A DNA stretch of 60,850 bases, the filler included, from Bipalium vagum (Eukaryota): assembly GCA_037834085.1 (NCBI GenBank). It is 3 parts of 3 records of this genome, joined end to end, with 100 filler letters (N's around TTAATTAATTAA, not from the genome) between each part and the next. Parts side by side here need not be neighbours in the genome. Positions count along the whole stretch, not along the records: positions 1 to 25,326 come from JBBMKC010195386.1; positions 25,427 to 42,488 come from JBBMKC010080380.1; 1 more part is not named here. The stretch is one strand, 5' to 3'. Of the stretch, positions 14,561 through 28,345 are shown in pieces (the first letter of the stretch is position 1; each line of letters starts with the position of its first letter). The translations under genes and the position numbers were made by a program. The notes beneath the pieces were generated by a model. That model had not been told where the DNA came from. It searched no databases and saw only the letters and a program-made list of their open reading frames with translations.

Positions 14561-15799
14561 ACACCCATGATTATATATATTTTGATTTTTAAGATTTATA
14601 TACTTGAGTGCTACCTATCTTGGATTTAAAGTCTTAACTACATAAAAATTAGAATGAAATTAACAAACATCCTTAAAATATGAAAATAAAAAATCATTAT
14701 TGTACTTACATAAGTCATAATTGTATTCATAAGTTATTTTTTATATGGACTAATTTAATGTTACCCAATTTCTTGGACGATCCATTGCACAGATTTTCTA
14801 AAGATGAACATAGAAATCTAATATATCCCTAGAACTTTATATTTCACTTTTACAACTTTAATATAATATTTTTAGACATGAGCATAATACACGTTTCATG
14901 CATATGACCAAGGATAGATGAAATCACATTCAAATGATTAAATGAAAATGTTAGATCATTTAACTATTCACTTTATAGTATAGTTGACTTTACTTTGTAA
15001 GACTAAATAATAGACAAATTTCAAGATCTTTGTGCAGTCAAGCATGAGGTAATTCTGCCCTCTTATTACACAATAACCGTATGTCATTATTCATATATTT
15101 GGATAAAAGAATGCCATAAATGCCCAAAAGGGAAATAATTACTTGAACAGCGCCAGGTCTCCCTTATTAAAACAATTATTATTACTTTACCTCTATTACT
15201 TTAATTGAACATGCAATTAATAATTGTTTTTAGGGATATACGAATTTCAATATGAAACTTTAGTAGCAATACTAAACAGTAATGAGGATTCTTTTAAGGA
15301 ATCGTCAATGTAAAATATTAAGGTCTCTTGATCGGATACCTTTAACGAATTGCATTGTTATTATCATTAGGGATAATAGTGTTTTGTTACTATAATCTGT
15401 GAATTTATGATATTTAAGGGAGCATTTTCATCACATTTATCGAAGGTTTCTATGAAAATGTATTTCATTCTGTGTGATAGTTTAATATTTTAAGTGAAAA
15501 AACTTGGAAAAAATTAATTAAATGTAATATTAATAAAATTTTATTGTTTTAATTTATCTATTTTGTGATTAACGATATTATTATCATAGAAAAAGACTTT
15601 CTAGGTCCATTAAATGAATGATCTGTCAGTAGTATTTCAGAAGTTTATTTATACATTTGTTAGACGTACAAGTATAACTGAGACAATTGATTATTAATTA
15701 AATCTATGAAAATGGAAATTTTTGCAAGTTGGGGTCTTCTCTATCTCAAGTACTGTCTATATTTAACAATTTAAAAAAGGTTATGTAGAATTTATTTTG

Positions 15800-16000
15800 C
15801 ATTTTAGTTGATAAAATTTGTCCCTAAAAAACGTAATCTTCAAAAACGTTTTATCTTCACATTCAATTTGAAGAAAAGTGATATCGATACGTTTAAATTG
15901 TTTATAGAGGACGATGAAAACTGTGCTTAAGCTAAAAGAACTTGCCAAGAACATTTTAAAAAAAAGCATATTTAAAGAATTTGAGCAATCAATGCTATTG
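15800..16000 (+). mobile_element. Mariner (mauritiana-like) N-terminal fragment
   Basis: KFVPKKRNLQKRFIFTFNLKKS..KRTCQEHF. Confidence 0.6.
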
Positions 16001-16329
16001 CACAAAGACGATTTAAAAACTGAAAAAGAATTACTGTTTCACTAATTGTGAACGAGATATTTCCACTTTCTACCTTCATATGGTAAGGATTCAAAAGAAA
16101 AAATGAGTACATTAAGAAAATTTCTAACTTAAACAAACAGACAATTAAAGTCCTGGTTAAAATTTTTACTAGGAATTATTAAATAAATTTTTGTTCCTAT
16201 ATACTTTTACTGAAGTTTAAAAGTGGGACTATTTTTAAATAAAAGAATAATAACTGATTCAGGATAGTTGATAAAATTAAAAGGAATGAAAATTTTTTTA
16301 GAAAAACGAAATTTTGTACGTTTGGTTTC

Positions 16330-16580
16330 ACATCTTCAAGATTTTCTCTGATTTATTGTACTGGTGTTGGTCTATTTGTCTTGTTATTCTTGTTAACTTT
16401 TCTTGAATTTGATTAACGAACTTTATTTTTCTATGAGTAGCCTAATACTATTTATTAATTCCCATAATTATCCCGTGAACCAAAAATTATAGCTCTGTTC
16501 ATGAACCATTCTATTCCGAACTGTACTATGAACCACCGATATCAGGAGAAACAGTTGCCTGTAATCGACTAGTCTGTTAA
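16330..16580 (-). mobile_element. Non-LTR retrotransposon RT fragment
   Basis: DYRQLFLLISVV..EQSYNF..INSIRLLIEK (cf. NYRPI.LL..EQ.GFR..I..IR.LIEK). Confidence 0.45.
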
Positions 16581-18265
16581 GAAGTATTGAATAAAAATAT
16601 TTAAGAAAATTTTTCGTTTATACAAAACAATAACCAGAAACTCCAATTGAAAAGATATTTATTAAAAACCCCAAATCTTACTTAACTCAACGGCTCTCAT
16701 AAATCAATTTATTATCCTTCTAATAAGTTCAAGAATAAAATAAGGAAAGGTCAATAAAAAATTCATTATCAAAGAAGTATTTATTGAAAATTTATTTCAT
16801 TCATTAAACTTGATTAAGTTAGAAAAATTCTGCAGAAAAATAATAAATTTTAATGAATAAATGTTGCACTGTCAAAACTTTGCAGTCTTATGTTGAATAT
16901 ATTTTACGGTATTACATTTTAAAATCTGATAATTACTCTATACACACCTGTATTTAAGTAGGATATCAGTAACCAGGAGGATGTTTGATTGGAAACAAAA
17001 TCAATCTTTCTATGATGCAATTTATAAATACAAAATAAAAATAAAAGAAATTCATTTATGGTCTTCTCAATTTCACCCAATTTTTAATTTATAACAATCT
17101 TCAAGTTATTATTTAAAATATTATTACACTTATTATTGAAATTTTTAATTAATAAAGTATTTGTTCATTTTCATTTTATAAACTATTTTAAAAATATTTA
17201 TCAAATCTAATCGGTGTATTTCATATTATTAATAATATAAATATTACAGTTATTTAAATATATAATAAGAATGTGAAAGAAAAAGAACTTAAACAGATAT
17301 TATTCATTTTTAAATAATAAATAAAAATCTTTGAGTTCGGGTTTTTTTCCACATTTTTTCAATATTGCCTCTTTTTTCAGTATATCTCTCTATCTTAACC
17401 AATCAACACTGTCAAATTTAATTGGAATTTTATCTATAATATATAAATAATATTTCTCCGAGAATATGATAACATTTTATTTTGATTAATTATTTATATC
17501 GAAATTTATCTATATAAACAATTTTCATATATATATTTAACATTTGTTAATTAGTTAAAATAAAAATATTTGTTTAAAGTCACATAATTAAAACCATATA
17601 ACAAAATGAAATGTTTTCATATCTAATAAGTATAAATATAAAATAATATTTTATGATTTTTTAATTAATTATTTAATATTTTGAAATGCTCTACTATCAA
17701 AAAAATTACTAGGCCTTATGACACACTGTTTTCTAAGATAAATAATAATGTTTCTTCGAGAGTATCACCATTGATTATATAATTCTTGGATCAATAATAA
17801 CTGTCTATCTCATTAGATCTATCAAGATTTCACTCCATGGCTTCGTATAGCATAAATGTAAAGATTTACAAAAGAAATTGATATTTTTTACTTGTTTCGA
17901 TTTCCTTTTTTCTTAAATCTATAAGTTCTTAGATGATCTGAAGAGTTACAGCTCTGATCATTTATCGAAAAAATTATTTTACTTTCATTTCACTCATTTA
18001 GTACATTTTTGGTTACAGATTCAGTGCTCAATTAGTCTGAGTTTATCTCTTTTAAAAGGCAAAGTTCTTATTAATTAGAAATGGAATAATACGAATTGAA
18101 GTACGGAAATTTTGATCTGAAACATAATATACATAAAATACAAAACATTACATACTTTTATTGTTAAGTATTTCGAAGTACTTTCTCTTTTCTTTCAAAA
18201 ATATTTTATCACGAGGTGTTACTTAATTTGGAAATATGGTTACCATCACAAATGATGATATTTTA

Positions 18266-19030
18266 TTAGGTTGTCCAGAAAGTCTTCGTTTTTTGCATTA
18301 TGAATGATGGTAATAATCTTTTTGTATGTATGAGTGTCATAAAAAGGTAATAATTATTGTAGTATATATACCAATATATATATTGTACAAAAATTTCAAT
18401 TTGTTTATATACATAAATTTTATGCAGCGCTTTTTCGAAAATTCAAAATCAAACTAAACACTTTACTACTTTAAAAAAAGGTAAAATAGATACACATCGA
18501 AAACTCTGTGGAGTGTGTGGTAAAGATGGAATCAAGAAAATTTTGGTCAACCAAAAAAATTTCAAGATGAAGAATTGGAAACATTATTGAACTGAGACTC
18601 AGTTAAAACGAGCAAAAAACTTGAAGCATAGTTAAATGTCAAGACCCATAAGCAAACGTCCACATAATATAAAAATGATTTTAAAGGAAGGAAAATTGCT
18701 ATCACATCAAATAACGGAAGCCATATTGAAAATCGTTTAATGGTTAACAATTCTTTGATGGTGACATTTTTGCATCACTTAGTGATTGATGATGAAAAAT
18801 GGATGTATTACTATAACCCTAAACACAAAAATCTTGCGTTCATACACATCAACAGCCAAAAATCTTTATGAAGGTAAGGTTATCTCGTGCATTTGATGAG
18901 ATCAGAACGAAGTGGTGTATTATGGGATCCTAAAATTGAGCGAAAAAATTACTTTTGAACTTTACCACCAACAATTTTTTAATTTGAACCATGCATTAAA
19001 TGATAACCGTCCGATTCCATCTAAAACACA
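18266..19030 (+). mobile_element. Mariner (mauritiana-like) relic
   Basis: TATTAGGTTGTCCAG left end; GQPKKFQDEELE; VIDDEKWMYYYNPKHK. Confidence 0.8.
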
Positions 19031-19690
19031 GCTCAAAAAAACGTAAGAGTCCAATATTGCGGTTGAATACTTCAGATTATCTTAAGAAATCAACTTCTTC
19101 ATTGGGATGTCGTTTTCCTTTCTAATTGGACAATATTTCTTTGATCATAATGGTAAAACTGAAACAATATATTCAGAACGATATTTGGATATGTTGATTC
19201 ACTTCTTTATTTAGAAGCTTAAATCATTTGCAACCGTATAATTTTCAAACAAGATCCTCATATTGCTAAACAGGTACGAGTATTCTTGGAAAACACGTTC
19301 TATTCTGAAAAAGTAATTTCCAGAGGATTTCCCCAAAGCCCTGATCTAACACCCTTAGATTTCTGATTATGGTAATTATTGAAAAAATGGTTTATCCAGA
19401 CGACAATCACCAAAAAAAGCATGAAATACTGAAGGAAAATTTCATAAAAGCTGTTCAGAGCGTGACAGAACAAAAGCTTTAAGTAGCTGTGGAAAATAAC
19501 AGTCCTAGGCTTGAGGCCTGATTTTAAAATGTGCTGTGCACACTTCGATAAAAAATTGATTGATGTACATATTACTTTGTTTAAAATTTTTTGATAAAAT
19601 AAAAATATAATGTATCTCAATTTTGTTAAAAAATAAATCATCATTTTTTATCTTTATGAAAATTTAGGATTGTTAGGAATTCACCATCTG
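19030..19690 (+). mobile_element. Tc1/mariner rosa-like (DD41D-type) transposase C-terminal relic
   Basis: FKQD..PHIAKQVRVFLENTF..VISRG..PQSPDLTPLDF*LW (cf. WPPRSPDLTPLDFFLWG). Confidence 0.75.
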
Positions 19691-19739
19691 TAGGAAGAAT
19701 GAATAATTATTTATTTTTAAACTAATAAATTGAACATCT

Positions 19740-20510
19740 GGAAGTCATATACTTATTTTTATAAAAATTATTCAGTACATCTTAGATATCAATAATTTTG
19801 AAAGGCTTTGTGCTAGATTCAGATCTATTTTATAGCCATGATTTGGCTCCCATTGATTTTTTCTTGTTTCATCACTTTAAAAAGCATCTGCGAGATCAGA
19901 GAATTGAGTCTAAGAATGATTTTATACGAATAGTCCAAGGTTTTTAAAATGAAAAGCCTATTATTTTCTTCGAAAATAGTCTCATTTCTGTGATAAATCG
20001 GTGGACTAAATGCCTGGACTAAATCATAGCGCATTTTCATAACATTCTGAAATAGATTGTTTTAAAACCTTATATAAATTTGCAATTAGTTAATTTATAT
20101 ATTAATTATCAGATGACATAATTTTAAATGGAAGATAAAAATATGCATTTTCGACATGTTTTATTCTATTTCCGCAAATGGAAAACGCACTTTAAGTTTA
20201 TAGTGACAAAAGAAATATTGACATTGCACATATACACATTATAATCTCCGTTTTAAGAAATTTTTCCTTAGGGTTTTCCTCAATTATTTGCCGTACGTAG
20301 TCATCATTGAAATCAGAAGATCTTCCGGAGTATGTGCTGTCAGCTAAATCATTTCCTTCCGTAAATCTAGAAAGCCAACACTGACCTTATATGTTTCATG
20401 ATTCACCGCATTAATTCGGGAGGTTTCTTACGTTGCCGATTTTCCTTTTCCGAAACCAAAAAAGAATGCAATTCCGAAAATGGTTCCTCCTAGATTGATT
20501 ATTCATTGCC
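19740..20510. mobile_element. Cluster of short mariner fragments on both strands
   Basis: MEDKNMHFRHVLFYFRK on +; a C-terminal fragment and an N-terminal FRNCILFWFRKRK fragment on -. Confidence 0.6.
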
Positions 20511-21309
20511 TGACACCAATTGTTTGAGTTTCCTTAAATGTTCTCATAATTAAATAAGCAATATGAAAATATAACACCACGTGAATTAATTTCATTGATT
20601 TTAATACATTCTTATAAATTTTTCGTATTTATATACGTTAATGAAAAATAACCCAATTTTTTAAAAATTACTGTACTTTTGACTAAAATTGATCGATTTA
20701 AAACTGATTTTGCAAAAAGCGAATTGATTTATTCAAAATAATATGTACTATCAGTAAAAAAATTTTTTACTAAACTTTATTATATAATTATAGAATAATT
20801 GTGTATCGGAAAATAGCACAAGATTTCTTGGTTATCTAATAACAATAAAATTAATCATAGTAATATTTTCAAAATATTAATAATAATTAACTTTTTTCTT
20901 ATTTAAAAATAATAACATTTTAATAATTTATTTTTACCGTTCGCTTGATTATTATTAAATATATTAATGATAACTTATTAATAATAATATATTATTTAGA
21001 ACATAAGTACAAAAAATATGTGATTAAAAAGTTAAATTTACTGTAAAAATTAACTTGATTAAAACAATAATATATTATCAATTAAAAAGAATTTAATATT
21101 GACATTCATTGTCTGTCCTTTATGAAAAATAATATTGTTATGAAAATAAATATTTAACAAATAAAATATTTTTCAGACTTTCCTTTTCACTGAAAGGAAT
21201 CAGTTATCATTGAATTCGAAGATTTATATGTTTTTTTTTTAAAAAATATCGATAATTTATAAGATAAAATTATTTAGAATTTCATTGAATATTTCATTCT
21301 CCTATAAAA

Positions 21310-21892
21310 ATGGAGAGTCTTTGTTTACATATATTAATGAAACTTTTCCTGAATTCTTCACAACTTCAAACAATGAAAAATGAAGACATGTATAGAAAGT
21401 CTCCTGTCAATAGACGTGTTTCACTTGTCGGTGCAATGGAAAGTTCCTCATGCTCCAATACACCAATCAAAAAGCAACCCCAAAACCGTAGAGTATCTCT
21501 TGCACCGGCCTCTGGAACCTTTATCAAAGATAAACGCAGCTCAATTAATTCGGAAGGCACACCCAGTAAATTGAGAAAAATGTCCCAATTTTTCCATGTG
21601 GACAAAATATCAGAGACGCTTTTAAAAGATCCCGAAAAGGAGGCTTTCATCCAAATGTACGAGCAGCATGATGATTTGCAAACGGAATATAAACGTTTAA
21701 AATCATATGTTGAGCGCTTGAAAGAAGAGTATGAGATTAGTCGAGGTTTTGAGGCCATGACCAGATACAACAGATTGAAAATCATGATCAAACGAACAGT
21801 GATGCATTTAAAAGTATCCAGTGCAGCCGGCGACTGTAGCAATGCCATCAAAATAAAGGAGTTAGCGAGAAAAAGTGAAGAAAGATATGAAA
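21310..21892 (+). CDS. First coding exon of an uncharacterised coiled-coil protein
   Basis: 194-codon open frame with protein-like composition in very AT-rich DNA. Ends at a strong GAAA|gtaaga donor. Heptad-like segment HDDLQTEYKRLKSYVERLKEEY. Upstream acceptor at ~21176. The start may instead be Met at 21373. Confidence 0.8.
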
Positions 21893-23180
21893 GTAAGACA
21901 TTTTTTCCAACAGTTTTTTTCTTAGTAATAATAATTTGAAAAAAAAATAAAATCTCGTTAATAATACTTGTAAATTCATGTCTCAAATTATTTTAATAAA
22001 AATAATTTCTATATAATAAAAATATTTTTAATTTTTTCTTGGTTTTATTAATAATAAATAATAAATATTTGTTTAAGCTTAATAATCCAATGAGATTCAT
22101 TATATATCTGGTAAATTACAAGATGAAAATCTCATTATTAAGAATCAAAATAATTAAATATTTTCCCAAAATAATCCATAAGATTTTCGTGGTTAAAATT
22201 CCACATGGTATCAGTGTCAAATAATATCAAAAGCAGCATCATAAGACATGGTGTTAGAAACTATATTATTTATTTATATATATTTTTTCCCAAATATTAT
22301 ATTTAAATTTAAAATTATCCAATATAAAAAATCCGAAACATATAAAATAACGTTTTTCTGTGAAAATCTATTACCAACAGTTATCTGAAATAGATTCTGT
22401 AATTGTTTCCATTTCTTTAAGGAGACGGGGTTTTAATAATAATTTTAATAATTTTATATTATTATTTAAACAGTGTGAAAAAATATAATTGGCAATTTCA
22501 TTTTCTTTAAAATGGAAATTGTTTTCTTTATTTCTAAATTTCATTTAAAATTGCATTTCCTCATTCTAGACAACAATTGTTTTCGAATTTTATTTCTAAT
22601 AAGAAAATCTAGAAAAATATCAATTTAATTTCCTCTTTAGCTCTAAAAATATTTCTGTGACACCAATTTAATAAATGGAATAAAAATTTATAATTATTAT
22701 TGAAAAATTCTGGTTATAAATCTATTATAGCCAGCTGATTTTATTTCTTTTCTTTTTCGTATTTCTTTTTCCTTTGAATATTTTGCGGTATTTCAAACTG
22801 ATTAATAGTTAATTTCATTGTCTTTTTCATATTTTGTTTTAATTAATTTCATCATTGTTTCTATTGATCACCGAAATGGTCTTAATATTTATTAAGTAAC
22901 AATAATGTAATAATATTATTTTGGGAAAAAATTAGGTTTATTTTTTATTTATTTATTTTTTGAAAATGAAAAATGATGATTTCTTCAAATCTCACTCATA
23001 ATCAAGTTTGAAATCAGATTATTGATTTTTTCCATTTCTTCTTCATTTTAGTGTTCTTAAAATGAAGGGAAATGAACGTTTTTCAAATAAAAATAATTTT
23101 GGGTAATTGGGAGTAATTAAATATTAAAACATAAAGAAATATTTTCTAAAAAAATTGAGATTAACAGCTTAATTTATGCT

Positions 23181-24016
23181 TACAGTGGTTTTGATAGGTT
23201 CAGAAGTTTAATTCTTTTATAAAATTGAAAATATTACACATTATTGAGACAGAAATTTTTATTTCTCTCACTCTTAAAAAATAGAAAATTTATACAATAA
23301 ATTATTACAAAAGGATGTACTGCTGTGATAAAAAATTTCCGGAATGTTATTTGAAAAGAAGCCCAAACATTTTATTGGGACTGCAGCAACTGGGCAGCAA
23401 TCGAGTGAATGGCGTTTCAAAGATGAATTAAGACCAAAGTGTTGTCTAAATAAATCGAAAACCAAGGCTTTGCTAACTGTTTTTTTGGATTTTCAGTGTG
23501 GGGTGCATAATGAATTTCTCCCAACAGATCAAAGAGTGAATTATTATTATTAAGGTATGAGGCAAATATATCAAGCATTAGGCTTAAAAAGAATAAAAAG
23601 TTGGATAGAAAACGTTTTGATCTTCCATCATGATAACGCACCAGCTCACAATTCGTGTGTAACACTTTGTGTAAACACGCGACAAATACCGTTGAATAAG
23701 CTTCATATTCACCCAATACCGATTATTTTTGTTTTCCTAACTTGAAATTCTAACTCTATGTACTTAGGTTTCAATCTATTGAAGCGATAAGACAAAAAAT
23801 AAATGAGTTTCTAAGATAAATACCTAAAACTGAATGAGCAAAAGTATGGGGGATTAGAAAAACGTTGAGCTAAATGTATTGTACCTAAGATAATTACTTT
23901 GAAGGAAACCATCCTAATTATATATAAAAAAAATCAATATTCATCTAACATAAAAGAAAAGATGACTCGTAGTTTTAAAAAGAAACATTTGTAATCTATT
24001 CTGAACCGGTACTGTA
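23181..24016 (+). mobile_element. Mariner, irritans-like, deleted
   Basis: QQSSEWRFKDELRPK..KSKTKALLTVFLD..VHNEFLP; FHHDNAPAH; partial TACAGT..GGTTCAGAA inverted ends. Confidence 0.85.
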
Positions 24017-25254
24017 TCAGTTGATCACATATGTTGTAAAACAGCATTAGAATCTTTCATTTTTACAGTGGGCATGAGTCACCTAAAGGAAATGTTCCTA
24101 CTGGATAAAATATTACAAAGACAAAAATTTTAATAAAATATTTTACTCAAATGATATATAAATTGAGAAAAAAAAATTTTACTTTTTAATATGCTCTACA
24201 AATATCGAAGTGCTAATTTAAGAAGTAGAGCTTATGAAAATGTATTAACACAAATAAAACTCTTTAAAATTGATATTTGATAAATGAAAATTTTTATATT
24301 AATATTAATTTTAATCGATTAATACAACACATTTTTAGGAATTTTCACTTTGTTTTAATGATATGAAAATGATTTAAACTTAAATTTTTTAAAAATATAT
24401 TTTTAAAAAATTGTGAAAATATCGAAAAAATATTTATTTTTGTTTTCATTTTTGGAAATAAATTGACTGTAAATATTTTTTCCTGTGACATGATTTCCAA
24501 ACTATTATAAGATGAAATTAAGTGAGTGGGCTTTATGTAAACTAGGAGAAAAAATAGATTTTTGTCAAAGATTATCGAAAAAATACTAGAATTATATGAC
24601 ACAATTAGTTTTATTTATATATTGATATTATATTATTATTTATATTATAAATAAGTGAACAGAGTTGAGATGTGAAAGAAATTCGTTCTATGTATAAAAT
24701 AATCTAAATGAAAAATATAATTGCGAAAATAAATCTTAATCAGATTTAATTAATCGGGGAATTTGATGAATGTAAATGACGATAATTGAAGATTATTACG
24801 TTTTTATTTTATGACTTAAAAATACACTAAAACTAAAGTTCACTTAATAATTAATTAATAATGATTATAGAGAAATATTGCGAATTAATTTTTGCTTGAA
24901 TGAAAAACGAAAGATAAAGCTTAAGGTAAATCTTGAACTGTGTAAGAATGGTTTAGAATTATATTATTTTCCAAAGAGAAATCAATACCCTAAGCCTTTA
25001 GTGATTGAGATTTAGGAAATGAAGTTCTTTTTAATTTTTAAGCATAATTTTTATAAAAATGATGTATGTGGATATTGATTGTTTCATAGAGACTTATAAA
25101 ATGATTTTGAAAATTAATATTAAAATTTTCCTTTAAAATATAATATTTTGTGGAATTTTATATTATATTATATATATTGTACAAGAAAAAAAATATTAAG
25201 AATTAAGTAAAAATCTTTATCTTTTATCTGCTTTTCAAAATATTTTTTCATATT

Positions 25255-25255
<1 letters not shown>

Positions 25256-25326
<71 letters not shown>
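25256..25326. repeat. (AAT)n microsatellite
   Basis: Perfect AAT array running into the gap. Confidence 0.95.
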
Positions 25327-25426
25327 NNNNNNNNNNNNNNNNNNNNNNNNNNNNNNNNNNNNNNNNNNNNTTAATTAATTAANNNNNNNNNNNNNNNNNN
25401 NNNNNNNNNNNNNNNNNNNNNNNNNN
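25327..25426. other. Assembly gap: 44 N + TTAATTAATTAA + 44 N
   Basis: Fixed 100-nt spacer with a six-frame stop linker; artificial. Confidence 0.97.
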
Positions 25427-25429
25427 ATT

Positions 25430-25960
25430 TTGGTGTGGTATAAATACAAGTGTTGCTTTACTGATTGTTTTGATTTGCACCACCTAAGATTTGGAGTCAG
25501 GTTAAATTTGATACCCTAAATATTGAACACCATTTATATTTTCGCTGTAAAAAGAGCCAAAAATACATTTACTTTCTAAACCAATCGACACGATTTTTGA
25601 TTCGTTAGATTTCTCCGTACCTCAAATTTGATAGTTATGACGATTAACGGAGTTGCTGAAAAATTCCTTCATCAGAAAAAATCATATTTTCATAAAGTTT
25701 GAATCATTTTAATTCTATTCAACAATTCCTCGCATATACTTACTCTTTAGACACGATCTTCTACATTTTTAATGGTTTTAGATGTAGAGTAAGGTTTGAT
25801 TAAGTCAATTTAGAGAATTGTTTCATATCAGGATGATTTCTGTAATGACACAAGGTTTACTAAAGTCGTGGAACAGTTGTTTCTTTGGATATTCAAGACC
25901 TTTAAAAAGAAGAGGATCGTTATATAATTGCCATTGTGCTAGGTTCAGTTTTAATATTAG
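25430..25960 (-). mobile_element. Tc1/mariner rosa-like transposase relic
   Basis: RVSICEELLNRI..MIFSDEGIF..VNRHNYQI*GTE (cf. FSDEA.F..VNRHNCRIWG.ENP). Confidence 0.75.
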
Positions 25961-26586
25961 AGATTCAATAATTAATTTTAAAAAGACTTTTTTTTAATGT
26001 CTCTTAATTTTTTTTGTCGTTTATTTCCTTTTTATTATCTACTTATACCCGCATAAGTTGTCCATCACAAAAAAACCATTATTTTATTTTTATATTTTCC
26101 ACATTTCTAGTTCTAATTTCTTTTATTCTAATTACCATAGTAACTGTTATCTTTTTTGTTCTTTTTTTTATTAAAGTAGCTTAAAAATTCAATATTATAA
26201 ATTTAATAAAATATAAATAATATTTACCAATAATAATAAAAACAGTAAATTTTATTAATTTTAAATAAAAAAATATAATTTTCACAAATTAGACTATTTA
26301 ATTATTATTAATATTGAAAAATCGATAATAATTTGTTCTAAATTGAGTTTTGGTAATAAAAGAAAATTACGAAAATTAAATATACATCACATATTAAAGA
26401 AAAAAAATTTTTATTTGATTTTATATAATAATATATAATATAATATGATTTCATAAATATATATTTATTATTTTTATTGTATTAATATCAGTCTTTTATC
26501 AATTTTACTTTTTAAAAATAAATTTTATTTTAAATTATTAGGTGACCTTCCGTTTTTAAATTAAAATAAAATAATTTCTTGTTATA

Positions 26587-27839
26587 TTAGGTTGTAAAGT
26601 TAAAAATCCCACTTATTATAAACTAATTTTTGAGACCATATCTTTCAACAATAAAAAAAAAATTTATAATTACTATTTATTTAATGTTAGTAACATTTTC
26701 TTTTACTGATTAGTTTTATTTAATAATTTTGCAACATTTTAAATAATTAGATAACATTAATTTTAGATGAATACTGAAGAAATTCATATCAGGCATTGTT
26801 TGATATATGAATTTAGAAAGGGATCAACCAGTTTAAATGCATCCTAAATATAATCTGTCTCTAGATAAATGTCAAAGATGGTTTAGATAATTTAAAGTCC
26901 GAAATTTTAATATTTCCGAAAGGAGGAAGTTCATCAAATTTGGATAACAGTGTTCTTCTATCTCTTATCGAAGGAGATCCTATGTGCACAACGCGTCATT
27001 GGGAAGATCACTTCCAGGTCTCTCACACTACCATTGCCACTCATCTTCATGAATTAGGACAAGTCCATAGGCAAGAGTTATGGATTCTTCATTGCTTAAT
27101 TGAAAACAACAAAAAGCGCAGATTGTTGATTTGTTCTTCTCTTCTCCAAAGATTCAATAACGATAATTTTTTAAAAAGAATTTTTTAAAAGAGATGAGAA
27201 ATGGGTTTGCTAAGTCAACATGAAAAGAAAAAAACAATGGCTTACACCTGGCCAGAAGCCGATACCCACTGTCAAACCAGGCCTTCATCCTCGCCGAATT
27301 ATGATGTCTGTTTGGTGAGATTATCGTGGAATAATATAATACGATCTTTTACCATGTAACATAACTGTCACAGGACAGGTTTATTGTGACCAATTAGGAA
27401 GACTTGAGGTGGAATTAAAAAATCCAGATTAGTATTAATAAACAGAAAGAATGTCATCATTCAACAAGACAATGCCAGACCCCATATTTCAAAAATCGTA
27501 GAGGAAAAATTAAAGGCATTAGAATGGGAAGTTCATCCTCATTCGGCGTACTCATCTGATATAGCGCCTTCATATTATCATCTGTTTAGGTTTCTTCAAA
27601 ATTATCTGAATGGAAAAGAATTTTCTAAAGAGGTCGATATCAAAAACGCCTTGGACAATTTCTTTATGTCTAAGTTCACCAGTTTTTATAAGGAAGGAAT
27701 CATGAATTTACCTATAAGGTGGCAAAAGATCATAGATAACAATAGAAATTACTTTTGTTAAGTTTCTTATTTTATCTATGTAAAAATTCATTTTTTTTAA
27801 ATAAATTGTATTAGTTGGGTTTTGAACTTTACAACCAAA
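26587..27839 (+). mobile_element. Near full-length mariner (DD34D) element, inactive
   Basis: 26-bp TIRs (TTAGGTTGTAAAGTTAAAAATCCCAC; 4 mismatches) and TA duplications. MNTEEIHIRHCLIYEFRKG..DEKW..QQDNARPH..YSSDIAPSYYHLF..LPIRWQKII. Contains stops and frameshifts, and the third catalytic Asp is Tyr. Confidence 0.95.
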
Positions 27840-27854
27840 TATAACAAATAAACT

Positions 27855-28345
27855 TTATTGAATCAGATTTTTTCATGTTGTTCAATAACTGTTTGCCATT
27901 TCACTGGTAAATTCATCATACCATCATTGTAGAATTTCTGAGATTTATAAAAAATGTAAAAAATACAGTCTCCACTTGAAACCATTGCAACTCGATTAAC
28001 AAAATTATACAGAGTTAGAAACTTTCGAATCCCGTTATCATAATTTCAGGAAACGGTTAATGTTTTTGTCTATCCAATAAAGATACACAATTAAAATTTC
28101 TGCTGATTGAATTCTTTTCAGATAAAATATGGGGCACACAAATATTAATCATTTTCTTGTAACCAAGCTTTCCCAGATGATTTAAAACAGTTTTTGATAA
28201 ATGCCTAGATCTTTTGCAATGCCTTGTCTGACAGCATAGTTTGATTGTTTTCATGATGTCGTGGTCTTTATCTGTCATAAATCGGCCAGAATTCGATGAA
28301 TCTTTTAACTGAAAGTTGCCTTGACGAAATCGTGCGAACAATTCA
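27855..28345 (-). mobile_element. Mariner deletion relic, tail-to-tail with the 26587 element
   Basis: FARFRQGNFQLKDSSNSGR, TVLNHLGKLGY..CVPHILSE, MMNLPVKWQTVIEQHE. Confidence 0.85.

Noticed and set aside
14880-15470. Possible LINE RNase H relic; similar weak LINE hints at 4330-4760 and 60240-60700
   Set aside because: Only single short motifs; cannot be supported without a search.
21366-21986. 206-aa minus-strand ORF
   Set aside because: Antisense shadow of the + exon; Ser/Leu/Phe-rich, no motifs or splice support.
25371-25382. TTAATTAATTAA palindrome inside N runs (also 42533-42544)
   Set aside because: Artificial six-frame-stop scaffolding linker, not biological.
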